The translations under genes and the position numbers were made by a program. A stretch of DNA of 64,000 nucleotides. Source: Salpingoeca rosetta (taxonomy: Eukaryota > Protista > Choanoflagellata). Positions 1-20,970 of the stretch are shown piece after piece (the stretch's first letter is position 1; each line of letters starts with the position of its first letter). The stretch lies in NCBI GenBank assembly GCA_033442325.1, contig JAWQFM010000001.1, forward strand, positions 1,734,138 through 1,798,137, written 5' to 3'. The notes below the pieces were generated by a model. That model ran no database searches. It saw nothing but the letters and a program-made list of their open reading frames with translations, and was not told where the DNA came from.

Positions 1-695
1 GCAGCCTGTCGTGCAGCCTCCTCTTGCTTGTACATCTCCTCCAATCTGTCGCGCCGCTGTCGCCGCTCGCGCCCAGACCGCCGCAGCCCAAACAGCTCTG
101 GATTTGCAATTGCCTCCTCCACCACCGTGTCGCGCGCGAACCGCGACTTGCGGGCTTTGTTCCCTCGTAGAGATGCCGGCTCATCAGAGCCACTGTCACT
201 GGTGGACTCGTTGCTGTCGTGATATGCGCCGCTGCCATCATCATTGTCCCCATCGTCGTCATCATCATCTTCCTCGTCCTCCTCTGCATTGTACGATGTG
301 TCGCTCATGCGTCGCTGTCGGCTGCTGTCATCGTTCTCACTCTCATCGTAACCGTTGCCAGTGTCCGCATCGGGCTGCGTGTGCTCGATGCTCTCGGTGG
401 CAGGCGAGTCTGAGGTGGCAGCTTCGGCTGCACTGCCACTGCATCACAGGCAAGCAAGATCAGCAGGGGTGCGCGAAGGATGACGGGTGAGTGAGCAGAG
501 TTGGTTCGTGGCTTGCCGTTCAGTTGCAAGGTCCACGCAGAAACAGGAGCGGGGTGTCTGTGTGCGTATGTGTGTGCGTATGTGTGTGTGTGTGGTGTTG
601 AGGTTGCGCAGATAGGTGTGAACATACGTTGCTGGGGACACCTGCTGCGACTTGCCCTGAAAGGCAAACTCATCCAACTGCAGCTCTGATGCCAT
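1..695 (-). CDS. CHD1: CHD1/CHD2-like chromatin remodeller, 5' end only (continues beyond window start)
   Basis: Exon 1 is 695-642 (MASELQLDEFAFQGKSQQ|GT). Exon 2 (~430-1) reads an acidic tract then EEAIANPELFGLRRSGRERRQ, matching the P-x-[LV]-[YF]-G-[LV]-R-R-S-x-R motif at the N-terminus of Chd1/CHD2. Not in the ORF track because it is open to the edge. Confidence 0.6.
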
Positions 696-1486
696 GGCCA
701 AGAAAGGGCTGCGTAGTTTTGTGCGTGTGTGTGCTGTGTTGTGTTTGAGGGGTGGGGTGGGGACGTTCAATGACTCGTCTATCCTCCTCGATGCTGCCTG
801 ACGCTGGGTTGGTGGTTGCTTGCCACTCCCTCACTGTTGGTATCAGCAGACGCTTGTCGTGTGTGTGTGTGTGTGTGTGTGCTGGTGGATGGCCACACTC
901 TCCCAGCAGTGCTGGTGGTGGTGGCTGCTGATGAATAAACACAGGCTCGCGCGCATCAACATGCACACGCACACACGCACCAGTGACACGCAGTGGCAAG
1001 CAAGCAAGCAAGCAAGTGACGGGGGTTGTGTGTGGCTGGCTATCGCTGTGCGCTGTTGCCGGTGGTGCGCTTTGCTCGCTCGCTTGGTGCGCGGTTGTGT
1101 GTCACACACAGACCTGGTGCAAACGGTCGGTTTTTCAGAAGAAGAGGAATTTAATTTATTGTCTGGCCAGTAAGGATTCCATGTACCGTTAACTGGACAG
1201 TGCCAAGTCCTTGAAATGGTTCGTGAATTTTCGTTCGCCCGCAATCCAGTCGCACAAGCCCAGCGTGTCTGTCACACACTCGCCACCAACCCATCCACGT
1301 GGTCCAAGCTGAGGTCGACCCCTCTGTGCTCCTTCTCCCTCTCTCCCTCTCCCCACCGCCTCCTCTTCACGTTCCTCGCGAGCAAATAAGCAAGTGCGGC
1401 GTGCCTTTGGACACAAGTGTGCGTGTGAGAACTTGTCTACTTCTGTCTATTCCACTTTTGCCTATTTTTCTCTGGCAAGCGGTAGG

Positions 1487-3268
1487 ATGTTGACGGTCGC
1501 GGATATGCTGCTTCTGGCCGAGGGCGAGGAAGCCCTGTACGCTCAAGAGCCGTACGAGAGTGACGACGACTCGGATGACGAAAGCAGCAGCAGCAGCGAT
1601 GACAGTGACAGCGATGACAGTGACAGCGATGATGATGGTGATGATGATGACAGCTCTGACGATGATGAGGAGGATGACAAGAAGAAGGATGACAAGAAGG
1701 ATGACAGCTCCGACAGCGACAGTGACAGTGACAGCGACAGTGACAGCAGCGATGATGAGGAGGATGACAAGAAGAAGGATGACAAGAAGGATGACAGCTC
1801 CGACAGTGACAGCGACAGCAGCGATGATGAGGAGGATGACAAGAAGAAGGACGACAAGAAGGATGACAGCTCCGACAGTGACAGCGACAGCAGCGATGAT
1901 GAGGAGGATGACAAGAAGAAGGACGACAAGAAGGATGACAGCTCCGACAGTGACAGCGACAGCAGCGATGATGAGGAGGATGACAAGAAGAAGGATGACA
2001 AGAAGGATGACAGCTCCGACAGTGACAGTGACAGCAGCGATGATGAGGAGGATGACAAGAAGAAGGACGACAAGAAGGATGACAGCTCCGACAGTGACAG
2101 CGACAGCAGCGATGATGAGGAGGATGACAAGAAGAAGGATGACAAGAAGGATGACAGCTCCGACAGTGACAGTGACAGCAGCGATGATGAGGAGGATGAC
2201 AAGAAGGATGACAAGAAGGATGACAGCTCCGACAGTGACAGCGACAGCAGCGATGATGAGGAGGATGACAAGAAGAAGGACGACAAGAAGGAGGGTGACA
2301 GCTCCGACAGTGACAGTGACAGCAGCGATGATGAGGAGGATGACAAGAAGAAGGACGACAAGAAGGAGGGTGACAGCGACAGCTCGGACAGCGACAGTGA
2401 TGGTGATGGTGAGCAGTCTGCCAAACGACCCAAGAAGGAGACCGATGACAAAGACAGCAGCGATTCTGATTCTGACTCAGACTCTGACGAGGATGAGAAG
2501 GAGAAGAAGGAAGAGGAAGCCGACAGCAGTGACTCTGACAGCTCCGATGACGAGTCGGATGGCGAGCAGCCAGCGAAGCGCGCGAAGAAGGAGAGCGATG
2601 ACAGCAGTGATGATGACGACAGTTCTGATGACGATGATAGCAGTGGCGATGATGACGATGAGAAGAAAGACGATAAGAAGGCCGACAGCAGCTCTGATAG
2701 CTCCGACGATGATGACGATGATAGTGATGACAGTGACGATAGCGATGACGAGGACGATGGCAAGGCGAAGAAAACGAAGAGGGAGGAGAAGAAGGACAAG
2801 AAAGCGGGCATCAACGGCAAGTCTGTCAAGCGCTCTGCTACCAGCAAGGCCGACTCCTCCGATGACGATAGCGACAGCAACGACAACGCACAGCACTCAA
2901 CCAAGCGAGCCAAGTTGTCGGCAGACAAATCGAAGGTATGTTGAATGAGTTCCTGCAAAGAGTGGGCGCCCTTTCGCTGTGTTATGTTTTGCTGTTGTAC
3001 TTCTTTCCAAGTTGAATCGTTGTGTTGATCTTTTCATGGATGGCACTCACACGCATACGGCCTATTGTCTCTGCCTGATCACCAGTCGCTGCCAACGACG
3101 CCTGCAAACCAAGTTCGCAGCAGCCACGGCAACGGTCACGCTGCACCCAAGACGACGCCGGGCAAGCGTGGCAGCCGCAAGCCCAACGTCCCGTACCGCC
3201 GCGTGCGCGCCGAGGAAGTCACGGTTCGTTGCACACATGCTGCTTAGTGCTCTGTGCGTGTGTGTGTG

Positions 3269-3312
<44 letters not shown>

Positions 3313-3633
3313 CCTCTGTGTGCGTGTGCGTGCGTGTGTGTGTATGTGTGTGCGTGTGTGTATGTGTGTGTGCGTGGGACACACGCGGGCGATTTGACTC
3401 GTGCATGTCGCTGTTTGCGCCATATTCCCCAGGTGAACCCAGCGCTGGCAGACAACTCGTACGAGGGCACGTGGGGAAACGAGGGCTGGGGTGCGCGGGC
3501 CGCGGAGCAGCTGAAGGTGACACGCGGCAAGTCATTCCGGCACGAGAAGACAAAGAAGAAGCGCGGCAGCTACCGCGGCGGCCAGATTGACACCGTCTCT
3601 GTCAACTCCTTTACGTTTGGTGACGACTGGTGA
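1487..3633 (+). CDS. NOLC1: Nopp140/SRP40-like nucleolar phosphoprotein
   Basis: Exons ~1487-2935, 3086-3223, 3433-3633. Ser/Asp/Lys low-complexity body followed by SRP40 C-terminal domain ([52 protein letters not shown]). Confidence 0.9.
1661..2380 (+). repeat. Coding tandem repeat, 72-bp unit ([24 protein letters not shown]), ~10 copies
   Basis: Unit starts at 1751 and 1823 are 72 bp apart; copies are near-identical with small indels. Confidence 0.9.
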
Positions 3634-4020
3634 AACAGCCACGCACGCACACGCATGCACGTGTCCATGTCCGTGTGTGCCGTTGTCGTTGTTGTGGCTT
3701 TTTTTTGAATGCATGCTGTATTGTGCATGGTGGCGAATGCCCTGCTTGTGTACTCTTGCATGTGCGTGTGCGTGATTATGTGCTAGGATTTGAAGAGGAG
3801 GAGAGGAAAGAGGTCACGAGGAGAAACACTGCGAGGTACGCTGGTTGACTTGTGTTGGTGATGGTGCTGTTGGCTGTTGCTTTGTTTTGTCTTGGCTCTC
3901 AAATGCATCAAATCAATCGACACAGCAGAGGCAAAGACACAAAGAGAGAGAGTGTGTGTGTGTGTGTGTGTGCATTGGACAGAGCGAGCACAAAGGAGAT
4001 AGAGTGCACATTGGAAAGAG

Positions 4021-4081
<61 letters not shown>

Positions 4082-4186
4082 CCTCTGATGAAATTTAACG
4101 AATATCAACCATTAAATTTCTCCGTGCTTGGAAACGACAACGCTGCCAACAGCCAACACCCTTTGTGTATCCGACCATCGTCGAGC

Positions 4187-5794
4187 ATGTCGCAAGTGAG
4201 CGTTGGGGAAGCGCTGGATCGGCGCAGCAGCCTGTTCTCGATCAGCCGACCAGAGATTGCCGCCACCAGCCAAGTTGACGCCAGCGATGTCCCCGACCAA
4301 GACGTGCGTGTGACTTGTTGTTTTCCTGGGGTGCAATTGGAGTTGGTGATAATGTTGGTGTTTGTGGTGCGATGGGTGTTGGTGTTGTGGTTGTTGGTGG
4401 TGGTGTTGCACTGCGCTACAAGAGCGCGGGTACCTGTTGGAAGAGGTTCTTGAACCCGCTCTCCCCTCGCAAGCCGTGTGTGCTGCACACAGTTTCCGTG
4501 CTTGCACACAACCCTCACTCAATCAGCCCCACATGCCCTCGACCATATGCATCGCTGCGAACACCACCACCGCCGTCGCTGACAACAACAACACCAACAG
4601 GAGGGCCCAAAGAGGCCTGTCACTCCGCTCGAGAACACATACCAGCTGGACCCGGACAAAAAGTTCAGCGAAAGCGCAGTGACAGCAATTATCAGAGAGG
4701 TGCTGGAGGGTCAACTCGAGGAGGAGAAGTACGATGCGAGAGCAACACGACAGGTCAGCCGCTCGCTTCATGTTTTAGCTCGCGCGCGCGTGTGTATGCG
4801 TGGAGTGGGTGAGTGAGTCGATTTGTGTGTGTATGTGTGTGTATGTGTGTGTGTTTGTTTGTTTGTTTGTGTGGTTGTGGGTGCGCGCTCGATTGTGTGC
4901 GCGTTTGTGTGAGTGCACTTGCGTTGCGCATGAGTGTACTTGCGTCGCATGAGTGTTGGCTTGCGTGGTAGAGTACTGTGCGGTCTGTAAGTGCGCGCGG
5001 TCTATTATCGATTGTCTCTGTCTGCGACTGTCTTGGAGTTAGGAGGGCAGTGCCGGTTTTGGTTGCAACTTGCTTATGGACCCATTCACGATTCCTACTA
5101 ATCTCGAGTGCCTGCTTGCGGTGCACGTCGTTTACCATAGATGTCGAAAACGCTGTCAACCATCATCACAAACCGCGTCAAAGCCCTCGAGTACACAAGG
5201 TTGCGCACTGCGTGTGCATGTTGTGTGTCTGTGTGTGTATGCGTGAGTGTGTGTGAGCAATGGGTTAGTGAGTCAGTCAGTCAGTCAGTCAGACAGCGTG
5301 TATGTGTGTGCGTGTGTGAGCGCGTGTATATTCGTGTTCTTGCTCACCATGACCGCGGCCCCGTCATGTTTGCTTGCCTGCTTGCAGATACAAAATCGTC
5401 ACAGTAGTTGCGTTGGGGGAGGCAGCAGATCAAGGCGTCACAGTGGTGAGTTCAGCAGCTTCGCTCAAGAAACAAACAGAGAGAGAGAGTGTGTGTGTGT
5501 CTGTGTATGTCTGTGTCTGTGTCTGCGCCTGCGCGTGTGTGTGTCTGTGTATGTCTGTGTCTGTGTGTCTGCATGTCTGTGTGCGTTTGAGTGGCTGTGT
5601 TTGTCTCTTTTTGCTTTCGTTCTGCTGTTCTCTCATCCCTTTCGCACCTCATCACCACCACTGGTTGCATTGTGCCTGCGCGCTAGGCATCCCGGTGCTT
5701 GTTTGACAAGGACAAGGATAACTTCGCCTCTGCGTCGTACCGCAACTCCAACTTGTATGCTGTCGCCACTGTCTATGCCTGCTACTACGAATGA
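4187..5794 (+). CDS. Tctex1-domain dynein light chain (TCTEX1D1/D2-like)
   Basis: Exons 4187-4303, 4601-4753, 5141-5199, ~5388-5445, 5687-5794 give ENTYQLDPDKKF..IIREVLEGQL..Y..RQMSKTLS..VK..RYKIV..SRCLFDKDKDNFASASYRNSNLYAVATVYACYYE*, a typical Tctex-1 signature. Confidence 0.88.
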
Positions 5795-6264
5795 ACGACC
5801 GGAACCCAACAAACGTGTCATTGTGTGTGTGTGTGTGTATGTGTGTGTGTATGTGTGCGTGATGTGTTTGCTCTTTCGTTGTTTCTTGTGAAGAGTGCAG
5901 TCGGTCAGCTCTCTTGTCTCTGATGTGTGCGTGTTGTGTTGAATTTCTTTCCTTCCGCTGTTTGCATGCTTCTGTCAACCCGGCTGTTTGCCTGTCAGTG
6001 CAATTACATGAAGCACCAGAACATCCACTTCCTCACTTTCCCTCTCCCACATGAAAAAGGGTCGGTAGCGTTGGTGTTGTTTGGTCTTCTATCCATGCAT
6101 AAGGTTGGTGTTGGTACAGCCAACAGACAGAGGCAGTAGGGTCTCAATACAGCAACGCCCATCAATGAAACATCACACGCACATACACACGCAGACACAC
6201 AGACAAACACACACGCGCACACACACACACACACGCGCGCGCGCACACACACACACACACAGAG

Positions 6265-7705
6265 TTAGAGGAGGTCAAAGTCATCGAGCTTGTCGTTGTA
6301 TTTGAGGACGTGGCGGCGGATCTTGGAGTTGTCCACCCACGTGACGAGATCCTCGCGTTGCCTGCAAGCACAAAAATGGGAACCGACAAAAGGGGGACGG
6401 TGAGGGCTGGCAAAACCATCATGAGACGACCCTGCCTTCACACACACACAGACACACAGACACACAGACACACACAGACACACACAGACACACACAGACA
6501 CACACACACACACAGACACACAGACACAAACGTGCGCAGACCTGGTGACGAGGTATGCGGGGTCTGTGACGGGATCGGGGCCAACACGAACATGTCCTTG
6601 TTCAACCAACTTGACGGCCTCCTTGACTGTCTGCGCCATCTTGAGTCGCACCTGCACCCAAACACCACGATCACCACAAAGATTCAGCAAAGATCCAGCA
6701 CACTTGATGCAAAGCAATCATCTCACACGCACGTGCAAAACACTCTCACGCACGCGCAAAACACTCACACACATACTTTCGCTCGAGCACACACACACAC
6801 ACTCACACACACACACACACACACGCATGCACACACACACACACACACACGCAAGCACACACACACCACGCACCATGACGACTGGGAGGCGGCGGGCGCA
6901 GAAGCGGGACGTCGACAGCTGCTCACAATCCGACAGCTGTGTTGTCTTGTTAGTCAGCACCCCCATCGCGTACCTGGCACACACGACAGTAGCAGCAGCA
7001 GAAACAAGAACACCAACAGCATGATGACGCAGCAGCAGCAAGACAACAGGCATGCGTGAGTTTTCGCGTGGGCGAGGGTCACAGAGAGGCCCCAATACGC
7101 ATGATGCATTCACACGATATTGTGTCGAATGTACGCGGAGGTAAACGTACAGCTTGGTGAGGAGGTGGTCTGTGGTGACTTGACGGATCTTGTCGTTTGG
7201 ATCCAGCTCCCGGAGCATGGCCACCAGCTTTGTGACTGGCAATAATGGTGGAGGTTGGGGGAGGGGGAAGGGGTGAGTTGATCGTTGGTGAGAACAAGGC
7301 GGATCTGCAACACACCAGGGATTCACGCAAGTGCACAGCGGACAGGCGGCACTCACTTTTGCCTGCCAAGCGGTTGTATCTAGACGCGGCATAAGGAGTG
7401 GAGCGTGGGCGTGTTTGTGCGATTGTGAGTGAGTGTGTGTGTGTGTGTTTGCGTGGTTGTGCGTTTGCGCTTGGAGCGCAACAAAACGCAACTCCCCCAC
7501 GCACAAGAACACAAGAGCACAAGCAGGCACACAGCCACACACATGCATGCACACAAAAACACACACACCCCTTAAAGACGCACTTTGTGTAGTCCTCGCG
7601 GTTCTGAATGTGGTAACGACGCATAATCTCTCCCGCGCGGAGCTTCTTGTCATAGAAGTCCACCTTCCTCAGTAGCTTCTTCTCATGATGCCTGAGTTTC
7701 CTCAT
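6265..7705 (-). CDS. IMP3: U3 snoRNP protein IMP3
   Basis: MRKLRHHEKKLLRKVDF..RRYHIQNREDY; S4 domain [45 protein letters not shown]; ends TWVDNSKIRRHVLKYNDKLDDFDLL*. About 6 exons. Confidence 0.95.
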
Positions 7706-7968
7706 CGTGAGCCGTCTGCGTCAACCGCGATAGGTGGTGTGGTGGTGGTCTTGGCAGCAGCGCAACGTGCTTCTCGTCTTCCTTCTGGTTGCCTCGTGGG
7801 TAAATGTCAAGTTTGACTTTATGTTGACCCGCAAAGGCAAAATTGACTTTACACAGCAACCAATACACAGCAAAGTCCCAGCACACCATTCCATCCACCA
7901 CATCCATTGTCCTATTGTCGGCAGCGAGCAGTATTGACAAGGGCAGCGAACAAGAAGGAAGAAGCGTC

Positions 7969-10379
7969 ATGGCGTCAAGCACAGACCCATACTTTGTCGT
8001 GAAGGAGTACGCTTGTTTTGAATCTAATGCCTTTGCAATGCGGTTGCCTTTCTCCACGTTCTATGCGAGTTTGTGGTGTTTGTATTGATTTGAACCAGCT
8101 GGCTGTTGGTTCGAGATGCTTGACCATGCTCCTTGTGTGATGAACGCTGCTGCTTTCGCTCACGCACACGCATACACGCACACGCACGCACGCACACGCA
8201 CGCACGCACATATGCACACACACGCACACACGCACACACACACGCACACACGCACACACACACACGCACACACGCACACACGCACGCTCACGTTCCTAGG
8301 GAAGTGGAAAACTCGATTGCCAATGCAGAGCGGTTGTATGCAAGATGGCAGCGCATGTTCACGTCGCGGTCGGCAGATGACGCAGAATTCAAGCACACCA
8401 CGGAACAGCTCAAGACCAACATCAAGAGCATCGAATGGGACCTTGAAGACCTTGCGGAAACCGTCAGCATCGCCATGCGCGAGCCCCACAAATTCAACGT
8501 GTGTCTGAAGCTCGATGATGGAATCGTGTTGGTGATGAAAACCATGTGATGCGTGGTGGCGTTTCATATGCATGCGTGTGTGCGTGTGTGAGGGACTGAG
8601 CTCGTGAAACTGCTTGGGAGGACTCATGCTTGTTCATGCGCCTGGGCTCGATCTTCCCTCGTGTGGAACATTCATGCGCTGCCGCGCATACACCCACCTA
8701 CAGCTGTCCCAGTCTGAGCTTTCTAATCGCAACGACTTTATTGAGACTTCCAAGCAGAAACTCAAGGTGTGACATGCATCACCCACGGTTTGCTTCGCTT
8801 TGCTTGACTTTGCTTGCTTTGCTGTGTGCAACGGTGGATGTGGTGGTGGCAGCAGCAGGAGCAGCACTGGTTAGTTGCCTGTTTCCGCTTCATCTGTGCA
8901 TCATCGCGTGTTCATTAACCTGTCTGTGCATTGCAGGCGCTGAAAGATGGCACATCAGACGCGAGGATCAAAGCCAAACAAGAGAAAGACCAAAGATCGG
9001 TGCGTGCATGTGCCTGTCTCATGTGCATTATGGCGTGTGCATTATGGCGTGTGCTATGTATGTGTGCGCTATGCGTGCTGTTTGTGAGTGTTACGCGTGC
9101 GTATCCCATCACAGCTGACGTGCGCGCCTTTGTGCCTCTTCCAACACCACATTGCCGTTACGCTTTCTATGTACCCTCCTGGACCCTCCCCCGCTTCTGA
9201 ACCAAACTGCTGGTGTGCATTGGGCGGGGACACAGGATCTTATGGGCCGCAGCAAATACTCGCGCTACGAGAAGCTCGAGCGTGAAATCCAGGCAGAGAA
9301 CCAAGGTGTGTGCGCATTACGGGGATGTGTTGTGCTGTTGTTCTGTGCGTTGAATTGGCGTTGATGTGCATTTGTCTGGACGCATCTGGAAACTCCGCTT
9401 TTGCAGTGCGATCGCCAGCCCGTGTGCTCGAGTTTTGAGTACAACACACACACACACATATATTTGTGGCTTGGCGCGTGATGCAGGGTTCATTGATGAC
9501 CAGCAGCAGTCGCAGCAGATGGTGATGCGGGAGCAGGACACGCAGCTGCAGGAGGTTGGGCAGACCATCGGCGTGCTCAAGAACATGGGCATCATGATTG
9601 GCGACGAGCTTGACGAGCAGAACGAGTCAGTTGCACACGCGCGCAGGAATCAGAGGGGGGGGGGTTGTGTGTGTGTGTGTGTGCGTGTGTGTGTGTACCT
9701 GTGTGTACCTGTGTGTGTGTGTACCTGTGTGTACCTGTGTGTACCTGTGTGTGTGTGTACCTGTGTGTGTGTGTGTGCGTGTGTGCGTGTGTGTGTGTTT
9801 GTGTGTGTGGTTATTTTATCCCCTCTTGTTGCCCTTCGCTTGCTTCTCTTCTCGAGTGAGCCAGCACCCATGATAGCCTTGGTCGCATGTGCTTACCGCC
9901 CCCATCACCACCCCCATCACCGGAGCAGCATGCTTGAGGAGATGGACGAAGAGATGACGTCGACCTCCGACCGCTTGCGCGGCACCCTCAAGAAACTCGA
10001 CAGGACACTCGCCATCACCAGAGGTCGGCCGTGTGGTGTGTGTGTGTGTGTGTGTTGTGTTGTGTGTGTGTGTTGTGTTGTGTGTGTGTTGTGTTGTGTT
10101 GTGTTGTGTATTGCATTGTGTTATGTTGTGTTGTGTTGTGTTGTGTTGTGTATTGCATTGTGTTATGCTGTGTGTGTGTGCATGTTAGTGCGCTTCATAT
10201 TGCCCTTTGCCCCTTGCACTTGTTCTTGCGTGCTCACAATCGCGTCCTCACCCCCTCCCCTCCCTCCACCGCGCATGCACGTGCACGTGTACATATGTGC
10301 AGATGGAAAGCAGTCGTGCTGCATCTGCCTTCTCCTCCTCACACTCATTGTCCTCATCATCGTCTACGTCTCAAAATGA
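7969..10379 (+). CDS. STX6: Syntaxin-6 (Qc-SNARE)
   Basis: [25 protein letters not shown] (Syntaxin-6 N domain); SNARE motif [39 protein letters not shown]; C-terminal [22 protein letters not shown]. Confidence 0.93.
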
Positions 10380-10884
10380 TGCACACACACACACACACAC
10401 ATGCTGGCATGCACTGCCTCCATATCCCCGTTTCGTTCCTGCCTTTCGTCCGTCCCCTCTGCTCTTCCTGAGTGTATGTGTGTGTGTGTGTGTGCGCGCC
10501 ACTAGGACAGAGACCTTGCTTGCTCCCTCCCTCCCTCTCAACCGGTACAACACCGACCTTTCGTCCCACTTGCTACTCGTCGATGCCTGCTGTTTCTTAT
10601 CCTTCTGTCCTTCCCCCCCCCCCACCCTGTCATCTGTTTGCTCACTTGTGCCTCGGTCGCACCACAGTTACGCCAAACTCTCTGCTCTGCCCCCTTGCTT
10701 GCTCTTGCTTTGTTTGCTCTCAATTGACAATAAAGAGTGGACACATGTTGGAAGCCATCGTGCGTGCGTATATGTGTGTTTGTGTGCGTGTGTGTATATG
10801 TGTTTGTATGTTGGTGTGTATGTGTGTGTTTGTATTTTTGTGTACGTGTGTTGTGTTTGTTTGTGTGTACGTGTGCGTGTGTGC

Positions 10885-10954
<70 letters not shown>

Positions 10955-11400
10955 GAGGAAGACAAATATATTGTGTGCGCGTGCTTTCGTTCCTTGTATT
11001 GTAGTCTCCCTTGAATGTACACCCATCACTGAAACAAAACCAAGCGGGAAGCATGCAAGCGAGAAGGGTGACAGCAACACCAGCAACAGCAAAAGCCACG
11101 ATGATTTCCACAGCACTGCAACAGGAACGAACACAAGAGTGACTCAAGCAGCAACAGCACCAAGATGTGCATTGCATGGGCACGACCCAGCCACTCGACA
11201 ACAACGACAGCCAACAACGGCAAAGACGAACACTAAAGACAAAGACAAACACTGGCGACAACGACACCAACAACGACAGCCAACAACGACAGCCAACAAT
11301 GACCTATACCACCCCCCCCCCCCAATTCAGCACCCGTCAACCCCGGCAGAAGCCATCATCACCAAGACATCCATCCACCCAGCACAGCGTTACTCAATGC

Positions 11401-12518
11401 CTAGAACAAGCGCTCCACAATCAGTTCGTTGACACCCCAATCCTGCGGAAAAGGATGCGGCGGATGGCAGTGAGCATCGCAAGTTGACGGGTCACGTGAT
11501 GGACACACACACATACACACACACACACTCTCTCTCTCTCTGTCTCTCTCTGTCTCTCTCTCTTACTCTCACACACAGACACAGACACAGACACACTCAT
11601 ACACACACACACTCTCTCTCTCTTTCTGTGTATGCCTGGGAGCAAAACAATGAAGTGGTAGGGCAGGCCAAACATGAGCATAGGGCGTACCTCGTAACTT
11701 GGGTTCTCTGGCGTGTGGTCGGGAAGGTACCGGCGAATGATCATGGGGATTTTGCCCGCGCTGTGAACGACGATGGTATTGTGCATACGCGTGGCAGAAG
11801 GGGTGAGCGAGAGAACGATGGACAAAATGACAGGAAGCAACAAGCTGCGACATGAAAAAGCACACGCGCAACACATGCCAGCATGCGTAAGAAGGATCAC
11901 TCACAGCAGCTCCTTTTGCGCGATGCGAAGAGGATCTGTCTCGCCCTCAAGCTCGACCATGAGCGGCGCGTTCATGCTGTTCAAGGAAGCAGAATGGCGT
12001 TAAAAACAATGCAATCAGATGTGAGGCTCAGCAGCCACAGGAGCACGGTGTGTAGCGATCAACTACCGCACCCAGCACGCAGGCTTGCACGCAAGTGCAA
12101 GCGCACAGACAGAGAGAGAGACAGACAGACAGAGACAGAGTCAGAGAGAGACAGACAGACAGAGACAGAGACAGAGAGAGAGACAGAGAGACAGAGACAG
12201 AGACAGAGAGAGACAGAGACAGAGAGAGAGAGAGAGAGAGACAGAGAGAGACAGAGAGAGACAGAGACAGAGAGAGAGACAGCGAGACAGAGACAGAGAG
12301 AGACAGAGAGACAGAGCAAGGAGAGTGCAAACACACACACAGAGCACGTGCGGTGCGAACCTTATTTGAAGGGCTCGTGCGCCGAGTACGCGGGCACGCT
12401 CATACTTTGTCATGTAACGGGTAGTGACCTGTATTTCCCACAAACAAGGAAGCAACAGCGAGGCGGTGAGTTAACACCGAGCACCTGCACATCATCGACC
12501 TGCTGCATCGCAGCCATG

Positions 12519-12617
<99 letters not shown>

Positions 12618-12753
12618 AACTCACTCGGGGCTTCGAAGGCTTCTTCACTTCCGAGTCTGTGGTGTAGTATGCGCAAGCAAAGGCACATGTGTCAGAGCAG
12701 CTGCACACACACACACACACATGAAGATTATGTGCGCCTCTTCTCCACAAACA

Positions 12754-12793
<40 letters not shown>

Positions 12794-12873
12794 AGCTTTC
12801 GAAGCGCACCTGTAGTGATGATGTCCACATCTGGCTGGTTTGGCGGCTGTGTCGACTGGTCCTGGTCAGCCAT
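11401..12873 (-). CDS. POLR2F: RNA polymerase I/II/III common subunit RPB6
   Basis: Spliced: [75 protein letters not shown] (stop 11401-11403). Confidence 0.93.
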
Positions 12874-13156
12874 CGTCGGTTGTCAGTGTTGAGGTGTTAA
12901 GGGAGGCGAGTGAGGCAGGCGCGTGAAGGCGAGTGTGCTGCTGTGGCTGGTGCGTTGTCGTCTGGGGTTGTCGTCTGTCTTTGTAAATGCGCATGTGTAG
13001 CTTGCGACTGAATTCAGTCTACACCACAACACAGGCAAAGCAGCACCACAAGCAGAAGTGGAAGAACGTTCACGCTGGTGGCTCTGAAGCACACACCACA
13101 CACACCCATCACATCACCACACACACATCACATCACACACACACAGACAGAGCGGC

Positions 13157-20390
<7,234 letters not shown>

Positions 20391-20444
20391 CACCGTCATG
20401 TGTATGTGTGTTTCTACGTGTGTATGTGTGTGGGTCTGTCTGTC

Positions 20445-20566
<122 letters not shown>

Positions 20567-20970
20567 GTGTGCACCTATTCCCCACCCCCATCCCCCACAA
20601 TACACACACACATCTCTCCCCTGTCACCCTCAAGTGTCGCAGTTCGGATTGACCTGCTCTGCGAGTTTAGACCTGTTCGTGTCGCCACCCCACTCCCATC
20701 ATGGGTGCTGTCTTTGCGCTTGTTCCGTCCACAAGCTTGTATTGCTTTTTGTGTTTTGAGCGCTGCTGCAGCTCAAGAAGAAAAGACAATGGCAAAACCA
20801 CCACAAGACAACGGCAACGGTAGCGACAGATGCGCACGCCTGCACGTGTTCAGCAGAGGAAAGCCGTGCATGGGACGAGAGGGAAGAAAGCAGGCGACAC
20901 TGTGTGGGGAGAGGTGGCGTGGAAGACCAACCTTGACAAAGACAGAATGGGTGAATTGAGGTTCGGAGGC

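Noticed and set aside
1661-2380. CRISPR-like array
   Set aside because: Contiguous coding tandem repeat with no unique spacers, in eukaryotic DNA.
1543-2958. 471-aa antisense and 462-aa alternate-frame ORFs over NOLC1
   Set aside because: Shadows of the GAY/AGY/AAG codon repeat, which lacks stops in other frames.
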